A DNA stretch of 64,000 bases from a virus (IMGVR_UViG_3300027972_000007:1-64000); one strand, 5' to 3'; shown: positions 39,112 through 50,510, counted from the stretch's first letter. Notes: generated by a model not told the origin, from the sequence alone. Numbers and translations are program-made.

Positions 39112-41658
39112 ATGGGAAATTTTTTAAAATACACGAATTTAACATACGAAGAAATATTAACCGGAATTAAGAATAAAATTGAGAATGATAGTAGATTTGA
39201 AAATTTTAAAGAATCTGCTATTGCTCAATTAACGTATGAAATATTTGCTGCTGTTGGCGATTTATGTAATTATAATTTAGAAAGAAGAGCTGAAGAAAAT
39301 TATTTTGATACTTGTAAATTAAGATCGTCTGCTATTTTATTAGCAAAACAATTAGGGTATGTAGTAACAAGACCAATACCTGCAGAAGCTAAAATAAAAA
39401 TGAAAATTACTGGCGATTTAACAAGTAAAAATATTAAAACTGGCGATATTTTACAAGTTCCAATTTATACAGATTTTACTTATGATTCTAATAATTATTT
39501 GTTAAAAAATACGATTAGTTATACATTTACATCTGCCGATGTTGCATCAATAAGTGCTACTGGCGAAGATTATGAAAAAGAAATTACTATAGGCGACGAC
39601 GATGAATATTTTTATGTTTTGCAAGGAGAAAGAAAACAAAAAATAATTGAAGGCGAAACGAATGATCAGGTAGGACAGAATTTCCAGATATATAAATTAG
39701 AAGATAGTGAATTTTCTAATAAATATGGCGATCAAGATTATGATATTAATATTACTACTGTTGAAGTTGGTCAAACATCGGCTGCTGCAGTAGATTATTC
39801 TATTGATAGAAGATCGTTAATTAATTTAGAATCAATAGAAAATTTTGTTCAGGGAGATGAAAAAAAGGTTTGTGTTGTTAGAACTGCTGTTGATGAAAAT
39901 GTAGAAATTTTATTTGGTGACGCTCAATATGCAGCAATAGGAGCTAATGTAAGTGCTAATGGCCCTATTACAAATTATGATAATATTTATATTACATATT
40001 TAGCAACGAAAGGCTCTAAAGCAAATAAAACCGGAATTATTGATGAAAGTTTAAATACTGATTCAACAGTATTAGCAGGTGGAGCTGATATAACAGGCAA
40101 TATAGAATTTTTATTTTATTCAAATCTTATTGGCGGTGCTGATATTGAAGATATTGATTCCATAAAATTAAATGCACCTTCAGTTTATTATTCTTTAGAT
40201 AGAGTAGTAACAAAAAGAGATTATATAGCATATTTAAAAAGTTTAACATCGCCAATTATAATTAAAAATGCAGTGGTATGGGGTGAACAGGACGAGATGG
40301 AAGATTCAACTAATGAGCCTATTAGAAAATTATTTAATGTGGTATTATTTTCTTGTTTGGGTTCGTTATATAATTTAACTGGTACTGCTTATTCAGTTAA
40401 AACTGAAGATAATAATTTAGAAACAGCAGTATTAGATTTAGATTGTCAAGAGGATGATTTGAAAAATGAAAATTATTTTAATATTTACGTGAAACAAAAT
40501 ATTGTTGATCAATTAGAAACATATAATACTTCAGGATCATATTATATACTTTATGGTAACGATAATTTAGGAATAGATTTAGACGATTTTAAAACTAAAT
40601 ATGATACACAAAAATTAAGTATTACATATACATCGGATTTATACTTATCTGGTTATTCAGTTATAAATCAACAAACAGATGAAATAAATATATCGGCTGT
40701 TAGTACATTATCGGAAATTGCTTCTGAAATACAAACTGAATTGAGATTAGTTACTGACCAAAGAGGGTCGTCAGCAATTAATGATAATTATGGTAATTAC
40801 GCTTTTTCAGCAATTTCTTGTAATTATGATTCAGTTAATGATAGATTTATTGTTTCGGGTAGTCCGTATGATTCTTGTTATATCGCTTCTCTTTCTCCAG
40901 AATTAACAGCATCCAATTATGCATTTACTAATGCATTAGGATTTTATGCCAAATCAAGCAATAAAGCAACATTAATAATAAACGATAATTCACTTATTAG
41001 TGATAAGATAACAAGCGTTATTGATAAATTAGATTTACGTTCACAGGTGACTGTTAAAAACGTATATATATCACCAATCATACAAAATTTTAATTTAAAT
41101 GGTACAATATATGTAAATCAATTAGCAGATAAAACAGATCTTTTAACGAGTATTAAAAATGATATTTATAAATGGTTAGATAAGAATGCTGATTTTGATA
41201 CTTCTATTTATTTATCTAATATTACTGATATTATAGAAGAATTTCCTAATGTGGTTTATTCTAATATAGAATTTTCCGCATCTACAGTTTCATATACTGC
41301 ATATGATTCGACGTCAAATACAATTTTAAATAAAACATTATACGCAGACGAAACCAATTTAAAAACTGAATTTGATAATTATTATAATATCTTAAATGTC
41401 GATTTGACATTGACAGAAAGAACATTTTTTAATTATACTAAAGATTTATATGATAGTTTAACGAGCAGTAATAATAATCATACACCATTTAGGGATACTG
41501 AAGATTTTATTACACTTGTTTCAGATATTCATAAAATATTTTTATCAAGAATAAAATCTAATATGATTGATAGTAATGGTAATATTGTTAATTATAGCAT
41601 GCCAAATGAGGTGGCTAAAATTAATATTGCTTTGGTAGCAACATACAAAACAGTATAG
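39112..41658 (+). CDS. gp6: Baseplate wedge gp6-like protein
   Basis: LAKQLGY, FGD, GG.D.E.IDSIK.NAP...R.VT..DY motifs. Confidence 0.88.
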   Translation: MGNFLKYTNLTYEEILTGIKNKIENDSRFENFKESAIAQLTYEIFAAVGDLCNYNLERRAEENYFDTCKLRSSAILLAKQLGYVVTRPIPAEAKIKMKITGDLTSKNIKTGDILQVPIYTDFTYDSNNYLLKNTISYTFTSADVASISATGEDYEKEITIGDDDEYFYVLQGERKQKIIEGETNDQVGQNFQIYKLEDSEFSNKYGDQDYDINITTVEVGQTSAAAVDYSIDRRSLINLESIENFVQGDEKKVCVVRTAVDENVEILFGDAQYAAIGANVSANGPITNYDNIYITYLATKGSKANKTGIIDESLNTDSTVLAGGADITGNIEFLFYSNLIGGADIEDIDSIKLNAPSVYYSLDRVVTKRDYIAYLKSLTSPIIIKNAVVWGEQDEMEDSTNEPIRKLFNVVLFSCLGSLYNLTGTAYSVKTEDNNLETAVLDLDCQEDDLKNENYFNIYVKQNIVDQLETYNTSGSYYILYGNDNLGIDLDDFKTKYDTQKLSITYTSDLYLSGYSVINQQTDEINISAVSTLSEIASEIQTELRLVTDQRGSSAINDNYGNYAFSAISCNYDSVNDRFIVSGSPYDSCYIASLSPELTASNYAFTNALGFYAKSSNKATLIINDNSLISDKITSVIDKLDLRSQVTVKNVYISPIIQNFNLNGTIYVNQLADKTDLLTSIKNDIYKWLDKNADFDTSIYLSNITDIIEEFPNVVYSNIEFSASTVSYTAYDSTSNTILNKTLYADETNLKTEFDNYYNILNVDLTLTERTFFNYTKDLYDSLTSSNNNHTPFRDTEDFITLVSDIHKIFLSRIKSNMIDSNGNIVNYSMPNEVAKINIALVATYKTV

Positions 41659-41665
41659 GTAATTT

Positions 41666-42100
41666 ATGGCAGATTATAAATATGTCGATTTAAGCACAAG
41701 TGCATCAGGCTACGGTACAGTAGAATATCCGTATGGATATATCGATTGGTTTAATTATGTAAATAGTGGATCAAATGGTTTTGGAGTTGAAGTCGATACT
41801 GTATTTGTTTTGAGCGGCACCCGAACAACAACTGGAGCATTAGAAATAGATATTAATATGCGTTATGAAAATATGAGTATTAGCGCAGTGAATTGGCAAA
41901 CAACACCTTGGAAAATAACTACTGATAATTTGTTAAAAATAAAAACTGGAAGAAATGGATTTACTCCAAATTTATATTTCAGTGGAGGAATATTAGAAGA
42001 CGCGTACGGGTTTGAAATTGTAGCGTATGATAATCCTCAAAATAAAATATTAAATACTAATAATATGTGGATTAATGATAGAATACCTTCGCCGTCATAA
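41666..42100 (+). CDS. Virion structural protein (N-half of a repeated beta-rich module)
   Basis: YVD....G.GT..PY motif shared with downstream genes. Confidence 0.6.
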   Translation: MADYKYVDLSTSASGYGTVEYPYGYIDWFNYVNSGSNGFGVEVDTVFVLSGTRTTTGALEIDINMRYENMSISAVNWQTTPWKITTDNLLKIKTGRNGFTPNLYFSGGILEDAYGFEIVAYDNPQNKILNTNNMWINDRIPSPS

Positions 42101-42109
42101 AAGGAAATT

Positions 42110-44050
42110 ATGATTCAGATAAACGGTTTTAAAAATGTAAATATAATTAACAGCAATATTTTTAGTGTTAATGAATTTTATGCTGACGATCTTATATCAT
42201 TTTTTAATGATCAACAAGATGTTACTGTTGATATTATAAATTCTGTTATTTATGCTGAACATATACTGAAATATAATGTTTTCAGTAAATCTGTCAATGT
42301 TTCGTTGAATAATGTAACATTGAGCACGACATTAGCTATTTTAAAAACATCTCACAGTCCTTTTTTAGCTGTTGATTCTTTAGAATATGAAACAGGTACT
42401 ATACAAGAAAGTTGGATTTCGCCAGTATATTCCACGCCAACAGCGAGTGCATACAGCGATTTTAATTATCTCAAAAGTAATTTAGGTATAACTGTTTCTG
42501 GTGATACAGATTATAAAACTGATGGATTAGAATGGTTTTCTGGGCAGAGAGATGGAATCGGTTCATTCTATTTTGAAAAGCCTGATAATGTTTTATCTGC
42601 ATCAGGATCCTCAGGTACTATTCCTTTTGATATTTCATTTTCAGTTAGTGCCACTTCTGCTAACACCAATAATAATGAAATAACCTATGATTTTGGTGAT
42701 GGCAATACTTCTGCCACAACTAATTTATTAATAACACATACTTATAATTCAGTTGGTACTTTTAGTGCAACGGCAGAAATAGAAACAAAAAATGAATGGT
42801 ATAAGTTAATAACTTCAGCAACAAAAATAACATCATATAGTGGTACGTTATCAGCTTCATATAATATTCACAATTTATCAACGTCAGCAGTTATTACAAG
42901 TGCTAATACATATCAGGATTTATTTTTGTCAGGAGATATATTAGGTGGTAGTCCAAATTTGTATGATATTAATTTTATAGATGATAATTATGAAAGTCAA
43001 AATGTAATTGATAGTCTAATTTATTATCCTTATAAATTTAAAACGCCAGGAACAAAAAATATAACATTAAAATTATATGATTCACCAGATACGTTTTCTG
43101 TTTCGGCAGCATTTATTGTGTCTGAATTACCCAGCACAACATATTATGTTGATATTAGTGAAACATACGATACAAATACTTCTAATATTGGTACCAGCGC
43201 AGATCCGTTTAATTATTTAGAATTCTATGATTATATTAAAACTGATGGGAGTGCAAGCGCTACAGATATTTTCAAATTACGTGGATATAGAGAGTTAACA
43301 AAACCAACGAGTGCAACATCTCCTTGGACTGCTATAGAAACAGATTCCGATAAAAAAATAACTATTGAATCTTGGGATCTTTCTGCTTATGGCCCTTGGT
43401 TATTAATAATAAATGATTATTCAGTTTATGATAGTACTATAGTTTCTTTTAAATCATCAATTCTAAAAAATGGCATTATCTATAACAAGCCATTTAATTT
43501 AAATAATACTGATTATGGTGGTACATATTATTTATCATATGCTTATAATATGTATTTAGTTCAACAAGGATTAAATAGTACTATTAAAGTATATCCAAAT
43601 ATTTCAGTTAGTGGCGTTGACGTTGAAGGATGTACAATTTATTCCGAAAATGGATTTAGTGATTTAAATACTTTTAGTGCTTATAATTTTAAAATTACTG
43701 ATTCTGTTATTACTGGATTTACAAGTTCGGCAAGCACATCAAGTTTTTTGAGCGCAAATTGTTATCTCTATAATGATACTTTTAGAGAAACTTCGGCTTA
43801 TATCGATTCTTATTTTATATTAAGTGCTAACGAAAATTGTCAATTTGGATGGTCATTACCTACTGATTATCCTTTTCTAAAAGGCGATAGTGGTTATAAT
43901 CAAACACTATCTTGGTTATTAATGAATAAAGAAATATTAGTTCCATTTAGTGGCATTACTACGCCGCCAAATCCAGGTAAAAATTACGACATATATAAAA
44001 ATTATGAAACTGGTTTATTTGGTTATAGTAGAAAGGATTATGTGAGATGA
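42110..44050 (+). CDS. PKD-domain virion protein
   Basis: YDFGDGNTS...HTY...GTF PKD motif. Confidence 0.7.
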   Translation: MIQINGFKNVNIINSNIFSVNEFYADDLISFFNDQQDVTVDIINSVIYAEHILKYNVFSKSVNVSLNNVTLSTTLAILKTSHSPFLAVDSLEYETGTIQESWISPVYSTPTASAYSDFNYLKSNLGITVSGDTDYKTDGLEWFSGQRDGIGSFYFEKPDNVLSASGSSGTIPFDISFSVSATSANTNNNEITYDFGDGNTSATTNLLITHTYNSVGTFSATAEIETKNEWYKLITSATKITSYSGTLSASYNIHNLSTSAVITSANTYQDLFLSGDILGGSPNLYDINFIDDNYESQNVIDSLIYYPYKFKTPGTKNITLKLYDSPDTFSVSAAFIVSELPSTTYYVDISETYDTNTSNIGTSADPFNYLEFYDYIKTDGSASATDIFKLRGYRELTKPTSATSPWTAIETDSDKKITIESWDLSAYGPWLLIINDYSVYDSTIVSFKSSILKNGIIYNKPFNLNNTDYGGTYYLSYAYNMYLVQQGLNSTIKVYPNISVSGVDVEGCTIYSENGFSDLNTFSAYNFKITDSVITGFTSSASTSSFLSANCYLYNDTFRETSAYIDSYFILSANENCQFGWSLPTDYPFLKGDSGYNQTLSWLLMNKEILVPFSGITTPPNPGKNYDIYKNYETGLFGYSRKDYVR

Positions 44051-45555
44051 GAGGACAAGTAACATATATTACAAGTGCTGCCACTTTGAACGAATATCAA
44101 ACTAATATAAATATTGATATTAATAATTCACTATTATTTACAACATTTAGTGCAGATAACGGCGATTATGGTTTGAGATCATTTTCGTATGATGACAGTG
44201 GTATTGTTACTTCAGCAGACAAAGATATAATTGGAAGTGTAGCAATCGAAAACATTGAAATAGATACTATTAATAAATTACTTTTTGTAGATTATGATAC
44301 TAAAATTTATTCTTATATTTATGATACTTCAGGTAATATGACAAGCGCCGATTGTTTTGAAGGATTAAGTTCAGCTACTAATATAAATGGGTTATGTGTC
44401 GACAATACAAATTCATTACTTTTTGCGAGCAGTGATCAATTTGCAGCTTTATCATTTTCATATGATACTTCAGGTAATATGACCAGCGCTGAAGAATATG
44501 GTACAAGTGCAGGAAAAATAGATTTAGATAAAGAAATAACTAAATTATTTCTTTTGAGTGCGGGAGCTGTTGTAATGGTATATTATGATACTTCAGGCAA
44601 TAATTTTGTTTATATGGATTCATTAGTATTAGATGATAATACAAATAATATTGCTATAGATAATATTAGAGATTTAATTTTTATTACAAGGAATATCAAT
44701 GGCGGTTTGATTTCAGTATTATACAATAATGCGAACATAACAACATCTGCATTTTCAAATTCGCCGGGCGGTGCAGGGTATGGCGTAATTATAGATCAAA
44801 ATAGGCAATTAGTTATCAATTGTAATGGTGTCGGAACGGGATATATTTATAGTTATAATTGTAATGGCGAATTAAAAATGTTAGATTATATACCTGGTTC
44901 ATCTGATAATAGATATATAGTAATTGATAATGTAAAAAAATTAATATTCACTAATGATGTTTATAGTGATAATGATCCTTATGGTAGAATAAAAAGTTTT
45001 TCATATGATTGGGATAGTACATTTTATTCTGATATAAATAATTCTTATTCTGATACTGGAACTGGAACAAGTGCAAGCCCATTTAATGAATCACAATTGG
45101 AATTATTTTTGAGTGGAACTTCGGCATTTGATGGTTATGTTACAAGTGCAGATACTATTAGAATAAAAGGTGATTGTATTAAAAGTACTGGAAGTAATTT
45201 ACAATTATTTGAAAATATAAATACAAAAGTAACAATTACTTCATGGCAAGATAGAAGTCCTTGGTCTGTTTATCATATAAGTGCTACGGGAATAAGTGGT
45301 TGCACTATGATTTCTCAATATGAACCGTCTAATTTTTCGACAAATAGCGCAGATATTGATTTAATAATAGAAGATGGGATCATAAATAAACCGTATATAA
45401 ATATGGATAATAATAGTGAATATTTTATTTTTAAAAATTGCATATTTTATGATAATTTAAATTTATCAATATTAGATGGTAGCATTTTAGATTTTAATGG
45501 CTGTACAAGAACCAGCGGGGATAATAACTATTATGGGTATCAATTGTTGGGTTAA
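44047..45555 (+). CDS. Beta-propeller-repeat virion protein
   Basis: Repeated ID....LLF...SF.YD.SG..TSAD units. Confidence 0.65.
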   Translation: MRGQVTYITSAATLNEYQTNINIDINNSLLFTTFSADNGDYGLRSFSYDDSGIVTSADKDIIGSVAIENIEIDTINKLLFVDYDTKIYSYIYDTSGNMTSADCFEGLSSATNINGLCVDNTNSLLFASSDQFAALSFSYDTSGNMTSAEEYGTSAGKIDLDKEITKLFLLSAGAVVMVYYDTSGNNFVYMDSLVLDDNTNNIAIDNIRDLIFITRNINGGLISVLYNNANITTSAFSNSPGGAGYGVIIDQNRQLVINCNGVGTGYIYSYNCNGELKMLDYIPGSSDNRYIVIDNVKKLIFTNDVYSDNDPYGRIKSFSYDWDSTFYSDINNSYSDTGTGTSASPFNESQLELFLSGTSAFDGYVTSADTIRIKGDCIKSTGSNLQLFENINTKVTITSWQDRSPWSVYHISATGISGCTMISQYEPSNFSTNSADIDLIIEDGIINKPYINMDNNSEYFIFKNCIFYDNLNLSILDGSILDFNGCTRTSGDNNYYGYQLLG

Positions 45556-45567
45556 AAAGGATGATAA

Positions 45568-46617
45568 ATGTCAATAATTATTAGACATAATGACTGTGCT
45601 TTTATAGATAGCAAACCATATGATTTGGGTGCTGTTACTTCACCACTCGACGGTATAGATATATCTAGTATTGAATTTAATTATTGTGCAGTTACAGATT
45701 CACAGACAGTTTTTTCTGCTGGCGTTTCTGCTACCGATTCAATAACATATTTAAATAATGATTTTAGTTGGGATCAAGATAGTAAAGTTTTTCCTACATT
45801 TGCTAATATAGATAAAGAAAGTATTAGATTTAGTGAATATGGTTTAAGTTCCACTAGCGTAGATAGAGCTTCGAGCTGGGTTACTAATGATATTAATACT
45901 GGATTTTATCGAGATAGTAGATTAGGACCTGGAGCATGGTTTTTTAATTTAACGGGTCATATCGGGGCATTTTATTTTGGTCCTATTAGTGGAGCTCATG
46001 TTACTCCGGAACCATTAGAAATAACTTTAGAATTATTAGAACCAACTATTATAATTGGCGATGTTATAACAGTTACTCCCGAACCATTAAATATATTTTT
46101 AGAATTATTAGATCCAACAATTTATTCTTATGAAGATGTGGTTGTTGATTTTGTCGGCTCGCCACTTAAAGGTTCGAGTCCATTAGACGTAGATTTTACG
46201 GCAACAGTTAATTTGCTTTCAGAAACATTACAGAATTATAATATAACAAGTTATAAATGGTATTTTGATTATGATATTTCTGCCGCTACTTCTGCAACAA
46301 CAGATATTCCAACCACCAGCCATACATTTAGCGGATATTCAGGTAAAACATTTTCTATTAATTTAGATGTTGTTCTTACAAGCAAATCAACATCTGCTAC
46401 AATTACAAGAAGTAAATATAAATCTAATTATATAACTCTTTGTGGAATGCAACAACCAGTTAGATTTGGTACTGATAGATTGATTGATTTGAAAGGTTAT
46501 TTATCTGATTATCATCAAGAAACTGATATTTATAATTTTATAAAAATGTTTGAAGATTATTTAAATACAATGTATGAAGGAAATAAAAGTTACGAATACA
46601 GTGAAGAGGATTTATAA
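45568..46617 (+). CDS. PKD-like baseplate-associated protein
   Basis: DF.GSP..G.SPL.V.FT and Y.WYFD motifs. Confidence 0.6.
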   Translation: MSIIIRHNDCAFIDSKPYDLGAVTSPLDGIDISSIEFNYCAVTDSQTVFSAGVSATDSITYLNNDFSWDQDSKVFPTFANIDKESIRFSEYGLSSTSVDRASSWVTNDINTGFYRDSRLGPGAWFFNLTGHIGAFYFGPISGAHVTPEPLEITLELLEPTIIIGDVITVTPEPLNIFLELLDPTIYSYEDVVVDFVGSPLKGSSPLDVDFTATVNLLSETLQNYNITSYKWYFDYDISAATSATTDIPTTSHTFSGYSGKTFSINLDVVLTSKSTSATITRSKYKSNYITLCGMQQPVRFGTDRLIDLKGYLSDYHQETDIYNFIKMFEDYLNTMYEGNKSYEYSEEDL

Positions 46618-47550
46618 GTGAATACTAAAAAAATAGTTTATATTTCGCCAGATTTTGCAACGAGTGGTATATCCATATTAGAGAAAATTCATCGATTAAA
46701 TGATTTACAAGATCCTGATTTAATGGATGTGGAGCACTTGCAATATTTTGCTAATAATTTAGGGTATAATGTAAATATTAATAGGGGGGAATTAGGGAAT
46801 TTAGCAGAATATGTGACGAGTGCTACATGTCCTGATATTGAAACTGAAAAATATTTGCGTTTTGCTATTAGAAATCTACCATTCTGGTATCGTATAAAAA
46901 CAACTCATAATGCAGTTAAAATAATGCTGTATTCTTTTGGATTAATTGGCGATATTTCTCAATATTATACTGATAATTATTTGCCTGAATCTGAAGGAGG
47001 AAGATGGGTAACAGAAGATATTAATCATCTAAGTTATTCATTAAGTGGAATCCCAAGTAATTTTTATCCGACGCCACATTTTATTGTGTGGGTGAACCTT
47101 GACCTCAGCACCAATAATTTGTCGTGGCAATATGAGAAGAAAAATGAAATAGTAAATGCAATAGAATCTGTCAAACCAGCCAATACCGTTTTTAGAAAAT
47201 TGGGTGGCTATACTAAAATTCCAATTAATCTCTATTGTTCGATTGCAGTTCGTTTTCATAGTATTTATATAAAATTACCAGTAGATGACGTATACGGCGA
47301 TTCCGATCATTGGTTTGGTTCAGCATCTGAATCTATGTCAGAATCTGCTTCTGAAAGTAAGTCTGCAAGTCTTTCAGAATCTGCTTCTGGATCACTTTCA
47401 GAATCTGCAAGTGAATCGAAAAGTCCAAGCAAATCTGAATCTGCTTCTGGATCATTGTCAGAATCTGCAAGCGGTTCTGCAAGTCCAAGTTTAAGTGAAT
47501 CTGCTTCTGGAAGTTTATCGGAATCTGCAAGCCCGTCAGGGGAAGAATAA
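46618..47550 (+). CDS. Baseplate wedge (gp7/gpI-like) protein with a Ser-rich repeat tail
   Basis: DPD....L..FA..LG, Y..KTT and VKPA.T motifs; C-terminal SESASGSL repeats. Confidence 0.6.
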   Translation: MNTKKIVYISPDFATSGISILEKIHRLNDLQDPDLMDVEHLQYFANNLGYNVNINRGELGNLAEYVTSATCPDIETEKYLRFAIRNLPFWYRIKTTHNAVKIMLYSFGLIGDISQYYTDNYLPESEGGRWVTEDINHLSYSLSGIPSNFYPTPHFIVWVNLDLSTNNLSWQYEKKNEIVNAIESVKPANTVFRKLGGYTKIPINLYCSIAVRFHSIYIKLPVDDVYGDSDHWFGSASESMSESASESKSASLSESASGSLSESASESKSPSKSESASGSLSESASGSASPSLSESASGSLSESASPSGEE

Positions 47551-47588
47551 TAAATAATTAAAATGATTATATTTAAAGGAGAAAATAA

Positions 47589-49616
47589 ATGTCTTTGCTA
47601 AATTTCAATATCGTGACTGAAAGTGGGCTGAACTATATTACTAGCGCATATAACGGCGGTCCATTAATTGCAATAAAATATTTTTTGCCATGCTATGACT
47701 ATCGAATCGACCAATTTGTGCATGACGGCTCGGAAACTTCAGTTATTGCTTTATCTGCTTCTGTTTCAGCTACAGACACAACTCCATCAGGAGAAAAAAT
47801 ATGGAATATATCAACAGATAATGCATATACTTTATCTGATACTGACGATTTTGTAACAAGTGCAGGCGGAGAAACATTAGATGACAGCGGCGATCCTTGG
47901 ATATTAACTGATGCAGTAATTTCAAAAGAACAAAAAATCAATTTATATAATGGTGTACCTTTAAGTAATTATGTTTCTGGAAGTGATGTTGATGCTTCAG
48001 CCACTTCTAATGCTTGGGAAATTTATGATGGTGCTTTAGTTGTCGGAAATAATGATGTTCCTGCAGAAACTTCAGCAGGTTCAAATAGATATTTTCAAGT
48101 TGTTGATTATTATCCAGTTTCTGACGGTAGTGTTCTAAAGGGTAGTTTTAAATGTAGATTAAATAAAAAATTAGGTACTGTTAAATTTAACAAAATAGCA
48201 TTATATGTTGTCCAGGTAGATAATAATGGTGTGGAAACTTCTTCGCCTGCATTATTTGCAGAAGCTGTAATAGATTCGCCTATTACAAAAACAAATTATG
48301 GAACTTCGGGTTTTGAAGATATTGTTATTGATGTTCAGATTCAAATTGGGTCAGTTACTACAAATTTCAGTGATGTTTTTTATGCAACAAGCGCAGATTA
48401 TTGGAGTAGAACAGTAGGTGGAGTTTATTATTCTGAAAAAGTTGGTATTGGTGTTTTTGATGACGGCTATGAAGAAATGCAAAATAAATTACATATTAAA
48501 GAGTCTGATGCCACAAAGCCACAATTAAGATTGGATTATGGAATAGGAACTTCGGCATTAACTTCAGCAACATTTCATACTACGTCGGCAGGCAATTTAG
48601 AAATTACATTATCAAGTAATAAAGCGATTCAACCAAAAACAACCGATTCTATCGATTTAGGAACCAGTGCTTTGGAATATAGAAAAGTTTATGCAACATC
48701 AGCTAATTTTGATTATTTGGATGATTCCGGTGCTGGTAGTATTAAGGTAAATAAAAATGTAGTGCCACTCACGCATAATGCTTATAATTTAGGCACTTCG
48801 ACCAGTCGTTGGGAAAATGGTTATTTTAATATTTTAGAAAGTAGCGCATCATATTCTGATTATTATTGTCCGAACACTAATGCTGTATCATATGCCAGTT
48901 TAGGTTCGAGTAGCAGAATTTGGAAATATTTATTTGCTGATACTTTATCTAATCCTAATAGTACAATTAAAATTGCAGAAACAATAATTCCGGTGACTGA
49001 TGAACGTTGTGGATTGGGTGATTCAAGTCATGCATATAGTGCTGCGTATATTAAAGATTTATATTTATCGAAAAAAAATAATTTTAAAACTGGTGAGTGG
49101 TATTTTTTAGGTAATCATACTTGGTATCCGAATAATGGATCTTTCTGGAATGCTGTTCCAACAGGTTTCGATAAATCATATAGTAGTTTGTACAATGAAT
49201 CACAATGGGATTATGTTGATATTTGGAATTGGAAATTTAGTGTTATTGGAAAAACATTATTTATAAAATTTACATTTCAATTAGATAAAAGTTCAAATAG
49301 TTTGACTGGAAGAACTGCTAATATATGCAGAACTGCAATTTTAACAGGTTCTAATGAAGGAGATTTATTAAATTCTATAGTTTCTGATAAAGCTGCAGGT
49401 ATCGCTACAAGCAGTAATAATCATTGTTTTACTATTGTTAATCCACAAACATCCGATCCAGTATTAATTTTAATGGTTAAATTTTTTAATTCTGCTGAGA
49501 GTGGTTTTGATCAGAGAAATGGATTTTTATTTTCAATACAAAAATCTTCTTCTGCAGCATGGAATAGTGCAGCAAGATATTATGCCGCATGTACTTTAAC
49601 TTATGAATTATCATAA
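47589..49616 (+). CDS. Baseplate/short-fibre structural protein
   Basis: T..GL and FNKIALY...LFA motifs; repeated P.....DLG.S...W fibre units. Confidence 0.6.
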   Translation: MSLLNFNIVTESGLNYITSAYNGGPLIAIKYFLPCYDYRIDQFVHDGSETSVIALSASVSATDTTPSGEKIWNISTDNAYTLSDTDDFVTSAGGETLDDSGDPWILTDAVISKEQKINLYNGVPLSNYVSGSDVDASATSNAWEIYDGALVVGNNDVPAETSAGSNRYFQVVDYYPVSDGSVLKGSFKCRLNKKLGTVKFNKIALYVVQVDNNGVETSSPALFAEAVIDSPITKTNYGTSGFEDIVIDVQIQIGSVTTNFSDVFYATSADYWSRTVGGVYYSEKVGIGVFDDGYEEMQNKLHIKESDATKPQLRLDYGIGTSALTSATFHTTSAGNLEITLSSNKAIQPKTTDSIDLGTSALEYRKVYATSANFDYLDDSGAGSIKVNKNVVPLTHNAYNLGTSTSRWENGYFNILESSASYSDYYCPNTNAVSYASLGSSSRIWKYLFADTLSNPNSTIKIAETIIPVTDERCGLGDSSHAYSAAYIKDLYLSKKNNFKTGEWYFLGNHTWYPNNGSFWNAVPTGFDKSYSSLYNESQWDYVDIWNWKFSVIGKTLFIKFTFQLDKSSNSLTGRTANICRTAILTGSNEGDLLNSIVSDKAAGIATSSNNHCFTIVNPQTSDPVLILMVKFFNSAESGFDQRNGFLFSIQKSSSAAWNSAARYYAACTLTYELS

Positions 49617-49626
49617 AAGGATATAA

Positions 49627-50136
49627 ATGGGCACGCCTAATTTTTTTAATACTACAAAATGGAGGTTGGAATTTTCTAATATTCCAACTATTACTAATTT
49701 AAACAATATGAAATTGTATAATGATTATGTAAGAAATTGTACAATACCAGAATTTGCATTAGATAATGATTACAGTAATTATGGTACAGTTATTTATAAA
49801 AGGCCTATTACAAAAGTTAATGAAAATTTAGGTAATTTGGATATTGAATTTAAATGTTCTGAAGATTTAGAAAATTATACTAATCTGTTTCAATATATTC
49901 AGTATTTAAAATATGGCGAAGATTTACCTGAAGATGTAATAGTAGATAATGTTATAAAAAATATTAGTATTGTAATATTAGATAATCAAAATAGAGATAA
50001 GAAAATAATTTATTTTACGAATGTTTATTTGAGTTCAATTAGTAGTTTAAATTTACTATATGGTGAAGAAATAGAAGTGACGTTTACTGCTTCATTCTTC
50101 TTTCAAGAGATGAAAATTAAAGATCCACAAGCATAA
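49627..50136 (+). CDS. gp3: Tail tube terminator, gp3-like
   Basis: F...EDLENY...QY.Q, ILDNQ and F.ASF.F motifs. Confidence 0.75.
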   Translation: MGTPNFFNTTKWRLEFSNIPTITNLNNMKLYNDYVRNCTIPEFALDNDYSNYGTVIYKRPITKVNENLGNLDIEFKCSEDLENYTNLFQYIQYLKYGEDLPEDVIVDNVIKNISIVILDNQNRDKKIIYFTNVYLSSISSLNLLYGEEIEVTFTASFFFQEMKIKDPQA

Positions 50137-50147
50137 AGAGGTAACAA

Positions 50148-50510
50148 ATGAATATTGTGAAAGTTGAATTGTTGAAAGATGCTAATGTAATTATTGAAAC
50201 ATTAGAAAGAATTGGTATAGCAAATATAGGTTTAAAAACATTATGGCCAAGCTGTTATTTGTATACTGAAAATGAAGAACATTTTATAGTTCATTTTAAA
50301 GAATTGTTTTTATTAACTAAAGAAAATAGCTATAATAATGTAAGTGAAAAAGATATTGAAAGAAGAAATGCTGTAATATGGAATTTAAAAAATTGGGGGT
50401 TGATTAATGTCGATGAAAATTTAATTGAGCCCCATAGTGAAAAAGTATTTGTATTGCAGCATAAAGAAAAAAGAGAATGGAAAATAGAACATAAGATTAA
50501 GTACAGATAA
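50148..50510 (+). CDS. regA: Translational repressor RegA
   Basis: ETL.RIGIAN...L..SC....IVHFKE.F...RRN.....L..WGLI. Confidence 0.92.
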   Translation: MNIVKVELLKDANVIIETLERIGIANIGLKTLWPSCYLYTENEEHFIVHFKELFLLTKENSYNNVSEKDIERRNAVIWNLKNWGLINVDENLIEPHSEKVFVLQHKEKREWKIEHKIKYR

